DNA of 64,000 nt from assembly GCA_951406725.2 (NCBI GenBank), contig OX597816.1, positions 72,354,001-72,418,000 of the forward strand, given 5' to 3'. Made by a program: the position numbers and the translations under genes. The notes beneath the pieces are model-generated. The model was not told where the DNA came from, searched no databases, and saw nothing but the letters and a program-made list of their open reading frames with translations. Source of the stretch: Octopus vulgaris (Eukaryota). Numbering within the stretch: position 1 is the stretch's first letter; each line of letters opens with the position of its first letter. Below are positions 11,241-24,309 of this stretch, one piece after another.

Positions 11241-13634
11241 ATATATATATGGTCAGGCTTTGCCTTTCATCCTTTCGAGGTCAATAAAATAAATACCAGT
11301 CATGTACTGGTATCGATGTAAGAGAAAGAAAGAAGCTGTGTACTTTGGTACGATGCTAAAAGTTTGTAGGGTAGGCACAGTCAACCCATGTATGTGTTAT
11401 TTGTTCTATCGACTGCCATTCCATTCTAGACCACTCCCCAGCAAAAGTCTAAACCAATTTCACTTCCAGCATGACTAAAATCGAGAACAGTATAGTCAGG
11501 TACTTCGGTTTCTAAAAACTCGGCATGGTACCTTTTCCCTAAGCATGCAAACAGTTTTGTAGGGACCGTGTATTATTGGAATAACCTTATTTATTGACCC
11601 CAGAGAGATGAAAAGCTGTGTGTTCCAGCATAGCTGGAACTTAGTACCCAAACTCACAGACGAGCACAGAGCAATTAGTCCGAAACCATGGCGTTATATC
11701 GCATTTTATGTAAATTAAAATATTCATTACAATATTTATAAAAAAATGACATTCTTAATTTAATATTTTTTTAATTACTAAAAAAAATGCTTTAAACCTA
11801 ACAAATAAAAGAAAAAAAACTTTTAACTGTATAATGTCATTCTTGTTAAATGTTAACTAAACTTTATTAAACATAATTAAACTATTAAAATTTAATTAAA
11901 ATATGTTATTAATCAAGAAGTAGTGTGTTTCAAAGAATCGAATTAGCATAAAACCAGCTGTCTGACCTTGGATGACACGGCTAATGAAGTCTTTCAAATT
12001 AGCACGATGCCAAAAATTCAGAAAGAACTAGTAGAATCTGTGAATCGATATCAGGACAGACACCAAAGAGATAAAAGGCGAAAATCGATCCCAATGGGAT
12101 CATTGAGAACGTACAAGGACGAGATTAAATAGTATAAGACATTTAGTGCGACGCTCTATCGTTTCAGCAACTGCACAGACTTTCTTGACAACAATGATTA
12201 TAATAAAAGTTGTCATGGAGTAGAAATGTCTCGACAGCTGAAACTTTTCAATGAAAATATTTTGTTTTTTATGCCTTGACAATCTACAAGTATAAAAACA
12301 AAACAAAACACGAAGATACAAGCGACGCGAAAGAAACCGAGAAAAAAAATTAGATAGAAAGAAAGATAGATGTGTGGATAGAGAACGGATCGAGAATTAG
12401 AAGTTGTGTGAGAAACCTAAAATATGGGTGGGTGGGGGGGAAGAGAAGCAAAAAGAAAAATAAGCGAATGAGGGAAAAAGAGCGAGGGATAACAGAGATT
12501 GAGAAAGAGAAAGAAAGAAGAAACTGTACTTTTTTTTGATATTCAGTGACGTCAATGAGCAGACGATATCACCCTCTCTTATTCATGGAGATCACGACTT
12601 CAATGAATTAAAAGAGCAAATGAGCTTTCCCCTACTCTACTTTTCCCTCTCTGTTTTTCTTTTATATATCTCTTATTCTCTCTAACTCTTTCATTTCCAT
12701 CCCTTCCTACTTACTCACTCTCTCTCTCTCTCTCTGTGGTTCATAAAAAAGAAACGGACTTCAATGAATTATGACCAGACGATCTCTTCTGTATCTTTCT
12801 CTTTCCGTCCTTAAACATTGACATCAATACTTAAATGAAGTGAATAGAGTAAATGATCTCTTTCTCTTTCTTTCTCCCCTCTCTCTCTCTCTCTCTCGTT
12901 CTCTTCCTCGTTCATTTCCCTTTCTATCTCGCTCTCTCTTGTTTTACCACCAACATTTTTTCTCTTCATTCTTCCCCCTCTCTCTTCATCTCTTCCGTTC
13001 ATCCTCTCTTGTCATCATTTACTACGTAATTCTCTACTGCTGGTTAAAGGACTTAATTGTTGCAAGTCGTTTTTCTTAATAGCATTTAAAAACAATATTA
13101 AAAATAATTATTTTCAAAAAAATACCAAAAAACAAAAATGCAGGGAGTGGGTGAATGGAATTGAGTTTTCAATTTAGAAAAATGTTTAGAGAAGAACTAA
13201 AACTAAACACTCGATACGGCACGGCTACAAGCCCACCTCGCCGCTTTTAACAATACTTCTGAACAAAGTAGCCGTAATGGACCATAAAATATACGAAAAG
13301 AGAAGACAATTCCCAAGCAAATTGCAATTTGAAAAATGACAAACATATGAACATATGATCAAACAAAACACGAATAAATAAACAAAACGTCTCGTTTTGA
13401 AAGCCATTTTGTAATTAGAAGGTATTAATTATAATAATTATTATTATTATTATTATTATTATGCCTTCCCCCACCATATTTTTCGTTATCGTTTGATATC
13501 CTGATTTTATTACTAAAAAGAAAAATGGCTCAAATCCTGATTTGAATTCCTATAAATTTCTGAAATTCATTAATATATTATATGTGAATAAATTAATACA
13601 GATAATAAAATAATAACCGAGAAAATTTACTTAC

Positions 13635-13715
13635 CTGAAGTTTTCTCGTCATATGTTGAGTTCTGTCAATTTACAACTGTTTGCAGTAAAAAGAATTTCG
13701 TGTTAGCCAAAATGA
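13635..13715 (-). other. candidate 81-nt exon (likely UTR or non-coding)
   Basis: Minus strand has acceptor ttattgtcAG and a perfect donor CAG|GTAAGT; stops in all three frames; lies in non-repetitive sequence. Confidence 0.35.
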
Positions 13716-14074
13716 CTGACAATAAATAAGTAATTATTCATAATGAATTCACTTTGACTACATAGAAGTTAAATCTTTTCTTGGAGATACAGTATGATTT
13801 GAAACGTCAGCTGCATTATTAGTTGAGACTTGTTTTGTTAAAACCTAGTGCATTCTGGGACGGCAAAAAAACATCACCTGCTACGAAATAACGTTAAGAA
13901 AGAGAGAGGAAAATAATGTACTGGTCCCGTAAATAACCGAAGCCGTATTCTAAAATACCTCTTGCAAAAATGTAATTGTTTCTTTCAAGGCCATAAATTT
14001 AGGAATAGGAATTAGTCGATTTAATCGAATTCTATACTTGACTGATACTTTATTTTATCGGTGCTTCCAGCACC

Positions 14075-15620
14075 GAGCTGGTAGAAACGTTAGTGCGCCG
14101 GGCGAAATGCGTAGCCGAGGTCGACTTTGTCTTTCATCCTTTCGGGGTCGATTAAATAAGTACCAGTTACGCACTGGGGTCGATATAATCGACTTAATCT
14201 GTTTGTCTGTCCTTGTTTGTCCTCTCTGTGTTTAGCCCCTTGTGGGTAGTAAAGAAATAGGTATTTTGTTTGTCGCTACGTTCTGAGTTCAAATTCCGCC
14301 GAGGTCGACTTTGCCATTCATCCTTTCGGGGTCAATAAATTAAGTACCATTTGCGTACTGGGGCAGATCTAATCGGCTGGCCCCCTCTCCTCAAATTTCA
14401 GGTCTGTGCCTATAATAGAAAGGATTTTATCGGTGCTGGAAGAATGAAAGGAAAACTTGACCTCGGCTGTATTTGAAATAACTACATAATGAGAAGAAAC
14501 AAACACGGCAGTCTGATAATCCGTCGACTTAATAACTCTTTCTAATTTTGGTAAAAGACCAGTAGTTTCAAGGGTAGAGACTAGTCAGTTATACCGATCC
14601 CAATGCTCAACGGTTTCCACTTCGAAAAAATTAAAGGCAAAGTCAAATTCGGTGGAATTTGACGATAGAAACTAAAGATGGCCTGTATGCAGCTAAGCAT
14701 TCTGTCTGGTATGCTAATTTTCTGCCCAACAATAATTGTTTCAAATCTTGTCACGAGGTCAGCAATTTTTTAGGGGGAGAGGGTTGGTTAATTTTATCTG
14801 CCCCACTGCTTGACTGGTACCTTATTTTATCAATGCTGAAAAGACGAAAAACAAAGCTGATTTCGGCAGGGATTGAACTCTGGAAGTCGAAAAAATATTG
14901 CTAAGCATTTTTTTCCGGCGCTCTAACGATTCTGCCAACTCGCCGCCTTAATAATAATAACAGCCCTTTCTTTTATAGACACAAGGCCTGAAATGTTGAG
15001 GGAGGGGTTTAGTTGATTATATCGATCCCTGTATTCAGCCGATACATCTATATCAATCCTCGAAAGGATGAAAAGGAAAGTCAACAGTGGAATTTGCATT
15101 TAGGACTTAAAGGCAAGCGAAATGTCGCTAAACATTTTGTCCGGCGTGTTAAAGGCTCAACCAACTGGCTTCATTTATAATAACGATAATGGCTTCAAAT
15201 TTAGGTACAGCGCCAGTAATTTTAGTGAGATGGGATTAGACGATTAGATCGACCCCAGTACTTGACTGGTACTTCATTTTTATAAAGCTCGCAGAGATGA
15301 AATGCAAAGTTGACCTGAGCTAAATTTGAACTCTAAAAGGCCGGCAGATTTAGTCGGGGTGGTTGGGTTAGTCGACTACATCGACCCCCCAGTCTCAACT
15401 GGTATTTATTTTATCGCCCTCGATAAGATTTAAACTAAGAACGTAATGAGTTGGAAGAAATGCTGCTAAGCATTTTGTACGACGCACTAATGATTCTGCT
15501 AGCTCGCCGCCCGAGTCTAATTAGATAATAATAATTCTTTCAGATTTAGGCACAAGGTCAAATATTTTAAGGTGAGAAGAGTTAGTCGGCAGCTTCAACT
15601 TCAGTACTAGCTGTTTTATT
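14075..15620. mobile_element. cluster of family A SINEs: young plus-strand copy (14075-14425) then a decayed minus-strand tandem run
   Basis: The motif ...GACCCCAGT..ACTGGTACT..TTTTATCG..GAAAGGATGAAAGGCAAAGTCGACC..GAATTTGAAC recurs about every 190-220 bp with high divergence. Confidence 0.75.
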
Positions 15621-15856
15621 GTCAATACGGATGAATTCAGACTGCCAGGCAGTAGACAGAGAAAATTAAATAGCAGTCTAATCACTCAATCATTTTTCAA
15701 CGACTTCCACCAACCGAAAAGCCTCGACGTAGACGATTGACTTGATGGAAATATCAACCAAATTTTTTATTTCCACATCACAACCTAAAATTTTAAAAAA
15801 AGGAAGCATGCATTGGTTTAGAAATTAAGGCTTAGACACCCTACGTTTGACGTATA

Positions 15857-16178
15857 CATTGTATAATACAGTCTAAGATGCACAATGTCTGTAGGGATCA
15901 TTGAATAATGTAGTTCTAGATATTGTGTATCTGGAGCACACATCGGTTAATGTAGTTTTTCATACACTTTATCTGAAGGAAACATTATATAATGTAATCC
16001 AAGATACACAATGTCTGAAGGATACACTGTATAATGTAGTCCTATGCACAATATGTTCGAAAAACACATTGGATAATGTAATCTGAAATACATTATACCA
16101 GAAAAACAATGGATAATGCAGTTCATACATTCTATCTGGAGGACACTTTATATAATGTAGTGCTAGGTACACTGAGTC
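15857..16178. repeat. 42-bp minisatellite, about 8 diverged units
   Basis: Unit starts at 15857, 15899, 15941, 15983, 16025, 16067, ~16107 and ~16144; approximate consensus CATTGGATAATGTAGTCCTAGATACACTATGTCTGAAGGACA. Confidence 0.9.
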
Positions 16179-16502
16179 GGAAAAAGACGGGATGTTCTCA
16201 ACCGGAATGCCATTGATCAAAGATATTTCTGGTCACGACTGATCATGCGAAAAAAAAAAAAGATATAGAAAGAATCAACCATCGTGGAGTCACTGGCCAT
16301 TTCCACGATGTTTGATTCAGTCAACATCTGTTAATTCTGTAATGTTACGTGTAAAAGTTACACGTCTCTGACGATTTGATATCATGATTATGCAATTTAC
16401 GTTATGTAACAAATAATCACCTTATGTTAATGAAATAAATGTAAGACTGTATAACAACCATGTTTTATCTGCCTATATAAATATATATATATTTACACAC
16501 AT

Positions 16503-16564
<62 letters not shown>

Positions 16565-17214
16565 CTGTGTGTATGTGCGTGTATGTACTGTATGTAAATG
16601 TGTGCGTCAGTGGCAGAGTTAGGTGCGGTCACAAAAGAACCAGATTTAGTTCCATTGTATCTTATTCCGTCAGATGACACAGGCTTTTGAATCTTGTCCT
16701 CCCAGTAGTAATGAAATATGTCTGAGTACTTTTCTAGGATCGGGAGGGTCAAATACATTCATCTCTCCATTCCAAAAATAAACTAAAAAAATACCTCTTT
16801 ATTAAACTGTCTTTAAAATGATATTCTTGGATGTACGCATGTGAATATGTATGTCTTTTGTCTGTATTTTGGGCATGACACAAACAGTATTTCGTACTGT
16901 AATATAAGAGAGAAATAAAAAGGCTGAGATGGAGACAATGGATGCAATATGAGGTGAAATATAAGAGAACGATGAGAGTAGAGAAAAAGATAGAGAACAA
17001 AAATGGAAGAAGATTAATGTGAACAAGAGGGGAAGGGGGGAAGGGGAGGAGAGTGAGATAAAGGAGAAATAAATAAAAAGAGTGATTGTATGTGTTTGTG
17101 TGTTCCAAATAAAAAAAAATCTAATCAACAATATAAATAGTGCAAGTTCTGTTCAAAGGGAACACAACTTAAAGTGGTCAGAAGTTGTAAAATTAGAAGT
17201 GGGAAAGAGAACAA

Positions 17215-17268
<54 letters not shown>

Positions 17269-17271
17269 CTG

Positions 17272-17485
17272 TTCTACTCTAGGTACAAGGGGTCCGAAAT
17301 TTTGGGGGAGTGGGACCAGTCGATTAGATCGACCTCAGTACGCAACTGGTACCTAATTTATCGATCCCGAAAGGATGAAAGGCAAAGTCGACCTCGGCAG
17401 AATTTGAATTCAGAACGTAAAGACGGTCGAAATGCCACAAAGCATTTTGCCCGACGTACTAAACGATTCTGATACCTCACCGCCT

Positions 17486-17487
<2 letters not shown>
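17272..17487 (-). mobile_element. SINE family A between (AAT)n tracts
   Basis: Reverse complement of the family A head and body. Confidence 0.85.
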
Positions 17488-17536
<49 letters not shown>

Positions 17537-20289
17537 GCCAAAACGAATTTCTGTGTGTCAGTGTGTCACACTTTGACCTCCTCCTTCTCACTATTCAATG
17601 ATGCTTCTACTATTCCTCCTGCTGGGGTGAGAGTAATAGTAGGCATACAGTCGGTGAGGGCGGTTGTAGATTGACGGTTATGTTGGTAATGGAGTGATAG
17701 TAAAAGTAATAGCTGTAGTTGTGATAGAGGCGGAGGCGACGGTGATGATGGTGGTGGTGGTAGCCGATGCAGTCAGGGATAACGGTGATAGTAAATGATA
17801 TGAAAGACAATGGTGATGGCGGTGGAGAGCAAGGCGGTGAAGTCAAAGTTATTTATGGAGGTGGCGTCAGAAGTCTGAATGGTGTAAGTATGTGTGTGTG
17901 TGTGTGACAGTTGTGGTGGCGATCTTGGTGAGAGAGAGAGAGATTAGACAGAGAAAAATTTGTACTGAATCCCGAATGGGAAAACGAAAAAATGTTGTTT
18001 ATCATGCAGCTTTGCAATAAGTCCCAAGCCGACAAATTACATCACTGTTTTCATGAAAATTCTTCATTGCTTGAAAAATATGAGTCAAGTTTAATAAGAT
18101 TTAATACTCAATGCATGAAGCGTCATTGTTGGGCCTACTCTTTGCCTTACGTTTAAACAGATCTCCGGAATAGCTAGCTTAAAAGCCGCTCTATCGGTAA
18201 TTTATTTTGTCCACCCCAAAGAGATAAAGGGCAAACCCGACTTCCACTGGATTTGCGCTTTGAACGCAAAAGCTTTGTACGACGCCCTAGCGATTCTTCC
18301 GTTTGCTCTTTTACTCTTTTACTTGTTTCTGACATGTGACTGTGGCCATGCTGGAGCAACGCCTTTAGTCGAGCAAATCGACCCCAGGACTTATTATTCT
18401 TTGTTAGCCTAGTACTTATTCTATCAGTCTCTTTTGCCGAAACCGCTAGGTTACGGGGACGTAAAGACACGATTTCCTCTCATTTATTTATGTTTTCTAA
18501 AAGTTATATTCCTTCTTTCAACCTCCTCAATAGTCGTTGACTCTGTCCGTTATCAGAGCTGCGTTCTGTTTGTTTGTGCACATGTGTGTGCGTCAGTGTG
18601 CATGTGTATACACATATTTATGAATGTATCTATGTATGTATATGTCTGTATCTATGGATGGATGGATGTGTGTGTGTATGCATTTATATATATGTATGCG
18701 TGTGTGTACGTTTACGATATAGTTTCTTATATAAGCACAAATGCCAGAAAATTATGTACAGGGTTGTTAGCTAAATCTCCTCAAGTTTTTATCTGGGACT
18801 GTATTTGATGGGACCCGAAAAAGCAAGAAAAGTGAAATTGATCTCGTCGGGAATTGAACCTACAACGTATAAAGAGCAAAAACATATACAAGCAAAGAAG
18901 GCCTAAAGATTTGGTGGAGGTTAAAGCCGATTAAACTGACGCCATTATTTGACTGGTATTTATCGTGTCGACTTCAGAAGAATGAAAGACAAAGGTCGAT
19001 ATACACTAGAATTTGAATTCAAAAAATAAAATGAAAAAAATAATCAAAATATAAAATAATCAAAAACAAAGCAAAAAATTAAAAAAAAAACTCCCGCAAA
19101 ACCGTTAACGTAACTAATTACTGCATGGCATTTTATATCCGGAATTCTAGTGATTCTATCTGTTCCACCGCCCTTCTTCGATTAATAATAAATATGATAA
19201 CAACAGTAATAATAATAATTTGAATGTATTTTAATAGAGCTAATGACAACAATAAAATGACAGTAATTACATCCGAGAATAAACAAGATGGCGTCATAAA
19301 ACTCTACTTATTTATTGCGCGTTTATTCCCTTTTCTGTTTTCATCCTTTTATTCTCATTCTTCGCAAATTCACAAAAAATGAAAAAAAAAAGAGAAGGTG
19401 GAGGTGGGGTAATTAAACTAGAAGTAAAAAGACGCAAAACATACATACACACGCATAAAAGAAACACCCGATTGGTGTTGGTAGGATTTTTGTCTTCTTT
19501 TTCAAGCGGGTGGATTTTCATTGTTCGTTTTCAGCATTTTATTCTCATGTATTGTTTCGTAGATAAATTTTTTTTCCCTGAAGTCATTGTTTCGTAGTCA
19601 TTTTCTCGCCTTCAAATGTTCGTTCTTCTTCTTCTTCTTCTTCTTCTTCTTCTTCTTCTTCTTCTTTGTTATTGTTCTTATTATTGTAGTGGTCCTCTTT
19701 TTTTTTATTTTAGCTCTTAATTTTGTTTGTAAATAACTCAAAGTGACAGCAAAATTGGACAAAACAAAAAAAAAATCAGCTAAAACATAAATATAAAATA
19801 AAAAGCATAGAGAAATAAGCACAAAATAAATATATAAATAAAGGAAAAGGCAAGGAAAATTTGATTTAAATGAAAAGGAATTCTTTTTTTTATTGGTTAC
19901 GTGTAATAAGTTTTATTGGGTGTAAGATTAAAAGAGACAAGGGACTTTTCGTAAGCCTTAAATGACATGGGACGGATGGTAAAGAAAAGCCCTAGCTCAT
20001 TATATAATGATCACTTACGAATGACTTTGTCGCCTGTCAGAGGAAATAAAGATAACATCGCTAATGAATGAATGAGAGAGAGAGAGAGAGAGAGAGAAAA
20101 GAAGAGGATGAAATAAGAGAGAGAAAGGTAATGGGATAGAGGATTTGTGTTAGAGAGGGAGAGAAACAAAGAGGATGAGGATGAGAAAAGTGAGAAGAGA
20201 TAGAGCGGGGCGGGGTAAAAAGGAATCGAAAGACGAAAAAAATTTGAAAGTGAGATGAGGAAGTAAAAATGGATAGGAGAATAAAAGAG

Positions 20290-20327
<38 letters not shown>

Positions 20328-21009
20328 GGGGGGAGGGAGCGCCGAAAGGAGAACAATGAATACAATAGAAATAAAATAAAATTTTATTTCTATTGTATTT
20401 TTACATTGGTTGGTAATAGATTTTTTATAACCTAAATAGACACCGAAAATCCATGTATATATATCGCTCAGGAGAAATTGCTGCTATCTCTAGCTGCGGA
20501 CGTCTACTATTGACAAGGCTAAAGAAGGCCGAAATCACATGACCTGATAGTTCTGGTAGCGGTTGCGGACGATTATCTCTCGCTAGTAATATAAACACGA
20601 GTGCTTATATGCACTCCGAGTTCTTATGAGAGTTTCAATCAGGTTAAAAAACACCTTACTTCTTTCCCTTTAATTTCCTCTGTCGTTTGTACTCTGAGTA
20701 AGTTGGATCTATCAACATAAGTATCTATATATTTATACTTAAATATTTGGCGTCTGAAAGTCTTCTCTCTTTGGTTTCTCTTGTTTTGCATGTATACATA
20801 GATACATATTTTGTATTTCATATCCGAGCTGTTACATTTAATATATTTAATTTATTTATCAGCATAATTCCCTAAATACATACATACCTACATTCATACA
20901 TGCATGCATGCATGCATGCATCCATCCATCCATCCATCCATCCATCCATCCATCCATCCATCCATACATACATACATACATACATACATACATACCGCTA
21001 AATCTACAA

Positions 21010-21337
21010 GTTTTTTTTAAATTCTCTCTGTTTATTTTCTTTTATTCCTTTGTGTTGAAGAGCGTTGGCTCGAAACATACAAGGCTTTTTTCATTTACCC
21101 GAACGTCAAACTAATACACCTTCTTGTGTGTGTATGACCGCGTGTGTACCGTTGGCGATTTTTTCCCTCCGTCTTCCTTTCCTTGGATCTTTCCTCTTCC
21201 TATGTTTCTGACGAAGAGCTTCGCTCGAAACGTTGAATACTCCTTCATTCTTTCCTTTTCTGAGTGTCCAATAACAATATACTTGTTCCACGTCCTCGCG
21301 TTGTGTTTTCTCTTTGTGTTTTCATGTTTGGATTAAC

Positions 21338-21405
<68 letters not shown>

Positions 21406-21610
21406 CATACATACATACATAAATACATGCATGCATATATACTTATATACATATACATACATATATTTTCCTCTATTTCTGACAAAGAGCCTGACTCGAA
21501 ACGTTAAATCCTCTTTCCTTCCTTTCCTGAGCGTCTGATAATACAACACTTGTACCATGTTCTCCCGTTACTGTTTTTTCTTGTTTGTTCTTCTTTGTTT
21601 GGATTCACTA
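21010..21610 (+). mobile_element. tandem HHR-bearing short repeats (PLE-derived or retrozyme-like)
   Basis: Three related units with HHR-like motifs at 21047-21084, 21203-21239 and 21474-21509, each followed by (T/C)(C/T)(C/T)GA(G/A)(C/T)GTC..A(T/C)AA. The second and third end GTTTGGATT(A/C)ACTATA next to TA-rich tracts. Confidence 0.7.
21203..21239 (+). ncRNA. minimal type I hammerhead motif
   Basis: tgttt-CTGACGA-A-GAGC-ttc-GCTC-GAAA-CG-TT-gaata; intact core with one extra A; palindromic AACGTT at stem III; GUU at the cleavage triplet is unfavourable. Confidence 0.65.
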
Positions 21611-21711
21611 TACACATATATACATGCACGCACATACATACATACATACATACATACATACATACATACATACATACATACGTATATATATACATATATA
21701 TATTCATATAC

Positions 21712-21745
<34 letters not shown>

Positions 21746-22381
21746 TTACACATGTGGGACAGAGGGACCGTTTGTGCGTCCTCCATAACAATATATAAAA
21801 ATTAAAAAAAAAACAAAACAAAACCCGTTAACTCTCAAATCTCTATGTCAACCAATTGTATTTTCAACATGTCCACTCTGACACCCAGTGCAACATAAAA
21901 AAAACACAAATAATAAGCACCAAGCCAGCAAACAAACAAAGAAAAGCATTGTTATTCTGGATTGACCTTCCTGCTTTCTCTAAGCGCCATCACCTTATTC
22001 TTTTGTACCTTGCCGATCGGCATCGTATTCTTAGTTATTCGACGATGAAGCAGGTGGGAGGTGTAGGAGCGGAATGATGGTGTATGCTAATTTCCATTGC
22101 TTTTACATCTCCTCGGCAGCCGGCACCCATCTCCTGTTCTCAAATTCTATATTAATGTCATTTATCATTATAACTTCATCAGTATTAAAGTTCCTAACAT
22201 CAACGACTTCTTCAGCCATTTTATATATATCTTGATAATGGCGACGACTATGACGATGATGATGAGGAGGAACACATACGTCACCATCACCATTACCACT
22301 GTCAACGCACAAGCATCGCCGTTGTTATTACCTTTACTGCAACCACGGCGACGACGACCACCATCACTACCATCACTGCCA

Positions 22382-22745
22382 GGAGGCGCAATAGCCCAGT
22401 GGTTAGAGCAGCGGACTCGCGGTTTCGATTCTCAGACCGGGCTTTGTGTGTGTTTATTGAGCGAAAACACCTAAAAGCTCCACGAGGCTCCGGCAGGGGG
22501 TGGTGGCGATCCCTGTTGTACTCTTTCGCCCCAACTTTCTCTCACTCTTACCTCCTGTTTCTTGTCCCCGACTTCCTACGCAACGGCTGATCCTGGATGC
22601 ATATTCATCCATCCGTCGATGCTCTCGGTGTCGGGGATTGACCTGCTTTCTCTTCTGCGGGTCTTACGAATAGCAAACGACCACGATTCGGACTTCTCCT
22701 ACTGCGAGCTCTTGGACGAAGACCGCTTCGCTCAACAGCAACAGC
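22382..22745 (+). mobile_element. tRNA-derived SINE family C with structured 3' tail
   Basis: GGAGGCGCAATAGCCCAGTGGTTAGAGCAGCGGACTCGCGG head and B-box-like GGTTTCGATTC; related copies at 22963-23008, 35545-35852(-), 37189-37330 and 52507-52673. Confidence 0.85.
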
Positions 22746-23032
22746 AACCATCACTGCCATTATCTCAGCATCGCCACCACGACCACCCCTACAATCATCA
22801 TGATCACGGCGACGACGCCCACAACAACAACAACAACAACAACCATCGCCGCCGCCACTGCCACCACCGCCAACGCTGCTGCACCGTCAACGCTGTCGCC
22901 GCCATTACCACCGCCACTACCATCATGACTACCACTAACAGTTCCAATACTGTAGCAGCCTGTGGAGGCGCAATGGCCCAGTGGTTAGGGCAGCGGACTC
23001 GCGGTCGTATATACAATATTTATTTCTTGCAT

Positions 23033-23645
23033 GGCGGCGAGCTGGCAAAAACGTTAGCATGTCGGGCGAAATTCCTTGCAGTATTTCGTCTGCCGTTACG
23101 TTCTGAGTTCAAATTCCGCCGAGGTCGACTTTGCCTTTCATCCTTTCGGGGTCGATAAATTAAGTACCAGTTACGTACTAGGGTCGATGTAATCAACTTA
23201 ATCCGTTTGTCTGTCCTTGTTTGTTCTCTCTGTGTTTAGCCCCTTGTGGGTAGTAAAGAAATAGGTATTTCGTTTGTCTTTACGTTCTGAGTTCAAATTC
23301 CGCCGAGGTCGTCTTTGCCTTTCATATTTTCGAGCTCGATAAATTAAGTACCGGCTGCGTACTGGGGTCGATCTAATCGACTGGCCCCTTCCCCAAAAAT
23401 GTTGGGCCTTGTGCCTAGAGTAGAAAAGAATATTGTACCTTTTTATCTTTTACTGGTTTTAGTCATTGGACTGCGGTCATGCCAGGGTACTACTTTGAAG
23501 GGTTTAAATCGAACAAATGAACTCCATTACTTATATTCCGTTTTCTCTTTTCCAAGTCTGGTTGCGTACTGGGGTCGATCTAGTCGACTGTCCCCACCCC
23601 CGCTCCCACAAAATTTCAGGCTTTATGCCTAGAGAAGGAAAGAGT
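23033..23645 (+). mobile_element. SINE family A dimer plus fragments
   Basis: Head, two body units and alternative tail ...GGCCTTGTGCCTAGAGTAGAAAAG. Confidence 0.85.
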
Positions 23646-23909
23646 ATTATATTTCTTGCTCGAAACCGTCAAGTGTGTGGTATGGTATACACAATGAAGA
23701 ATTTCAGTTCTATTACTTCTGCAAGTAGCTTGATGTATTCTTGGCTAAAGAGACTTAAAACTGATAAAACCTGTCGTGGATTATCTCCCATGCCTGTTGG
23801 TGAGAAATGTAATTTTGTTCTTGGAATAACAGTATTTTTTTTACCTCATATGTAAATATACTATAGCTGTTTAATGTTCATACTTAATGTTATTATTTCT
23901 GGGACGAAA

Positions 23910-24248
23910 TGGCGGTGATTTGGCAGAACCGTTAGCATGCCGGATAAAATACTTCGTAAGATTTTGTCCGTCTTCACGTTCTGAGTTCAAATTCTGAAAT
24001 GGTCGACTTTGTCTTCCTTCTTTTTGGGGTCGATAAAATTGAGTTTTGGAATCGATGTTATCAGCTAGTTCCCTACCCAAAATTACAGGCCTTGTGTCTA
24101 TAGTAGAAAAAATTATTTTTTCCTATGAAGCGGTTCGGCAAAAGAGACCGATAGAATAAATACTAGGCTTACAAAGAATAAGGCCTGGGGTCGATTTGTT
24201 CGACTAAAGGCGGTGCTCCAGCATGGCTGCAGTCAAATGACTGGAACA

Positions 24249-24309
<61 letters not shown>

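Noticed and set aside
15857-16178. CRISPR-like array or repeat protein (ORFs 15901-16086 and 15969-16220)
   Set aside because: Units are homologous along their whole length with no unique spacers and no cas genes; frames stay open because 42 is a multiple of 3.
12547-16410. Isolated TF motifs: CRE TGACGTCA (12547) and D-box GTTATGTAAC (16401)
   Set aside because: Single 8-10-mers are expected by chance in 64 kb, with no independent support.
20505-20551. HHR-like TTGACAA-GGCT..GGCC-GAAA
   Set aside because: Two core changes and an unclear cleavage site; not counted, though it may be an old relic.
22382-22440. tRNA genes at SINE heads (also 22963, 34551, 37189 and 49470)
   Set aside because: A and B boxes are present but there is no acceptor stem, and each continues into a SINE body.
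22562-23158. 198-aa His/Asn/Thr-rich ORF
   Set aside because: Spans a SINE tail, trinucleotide repeats and two further SINE heads.
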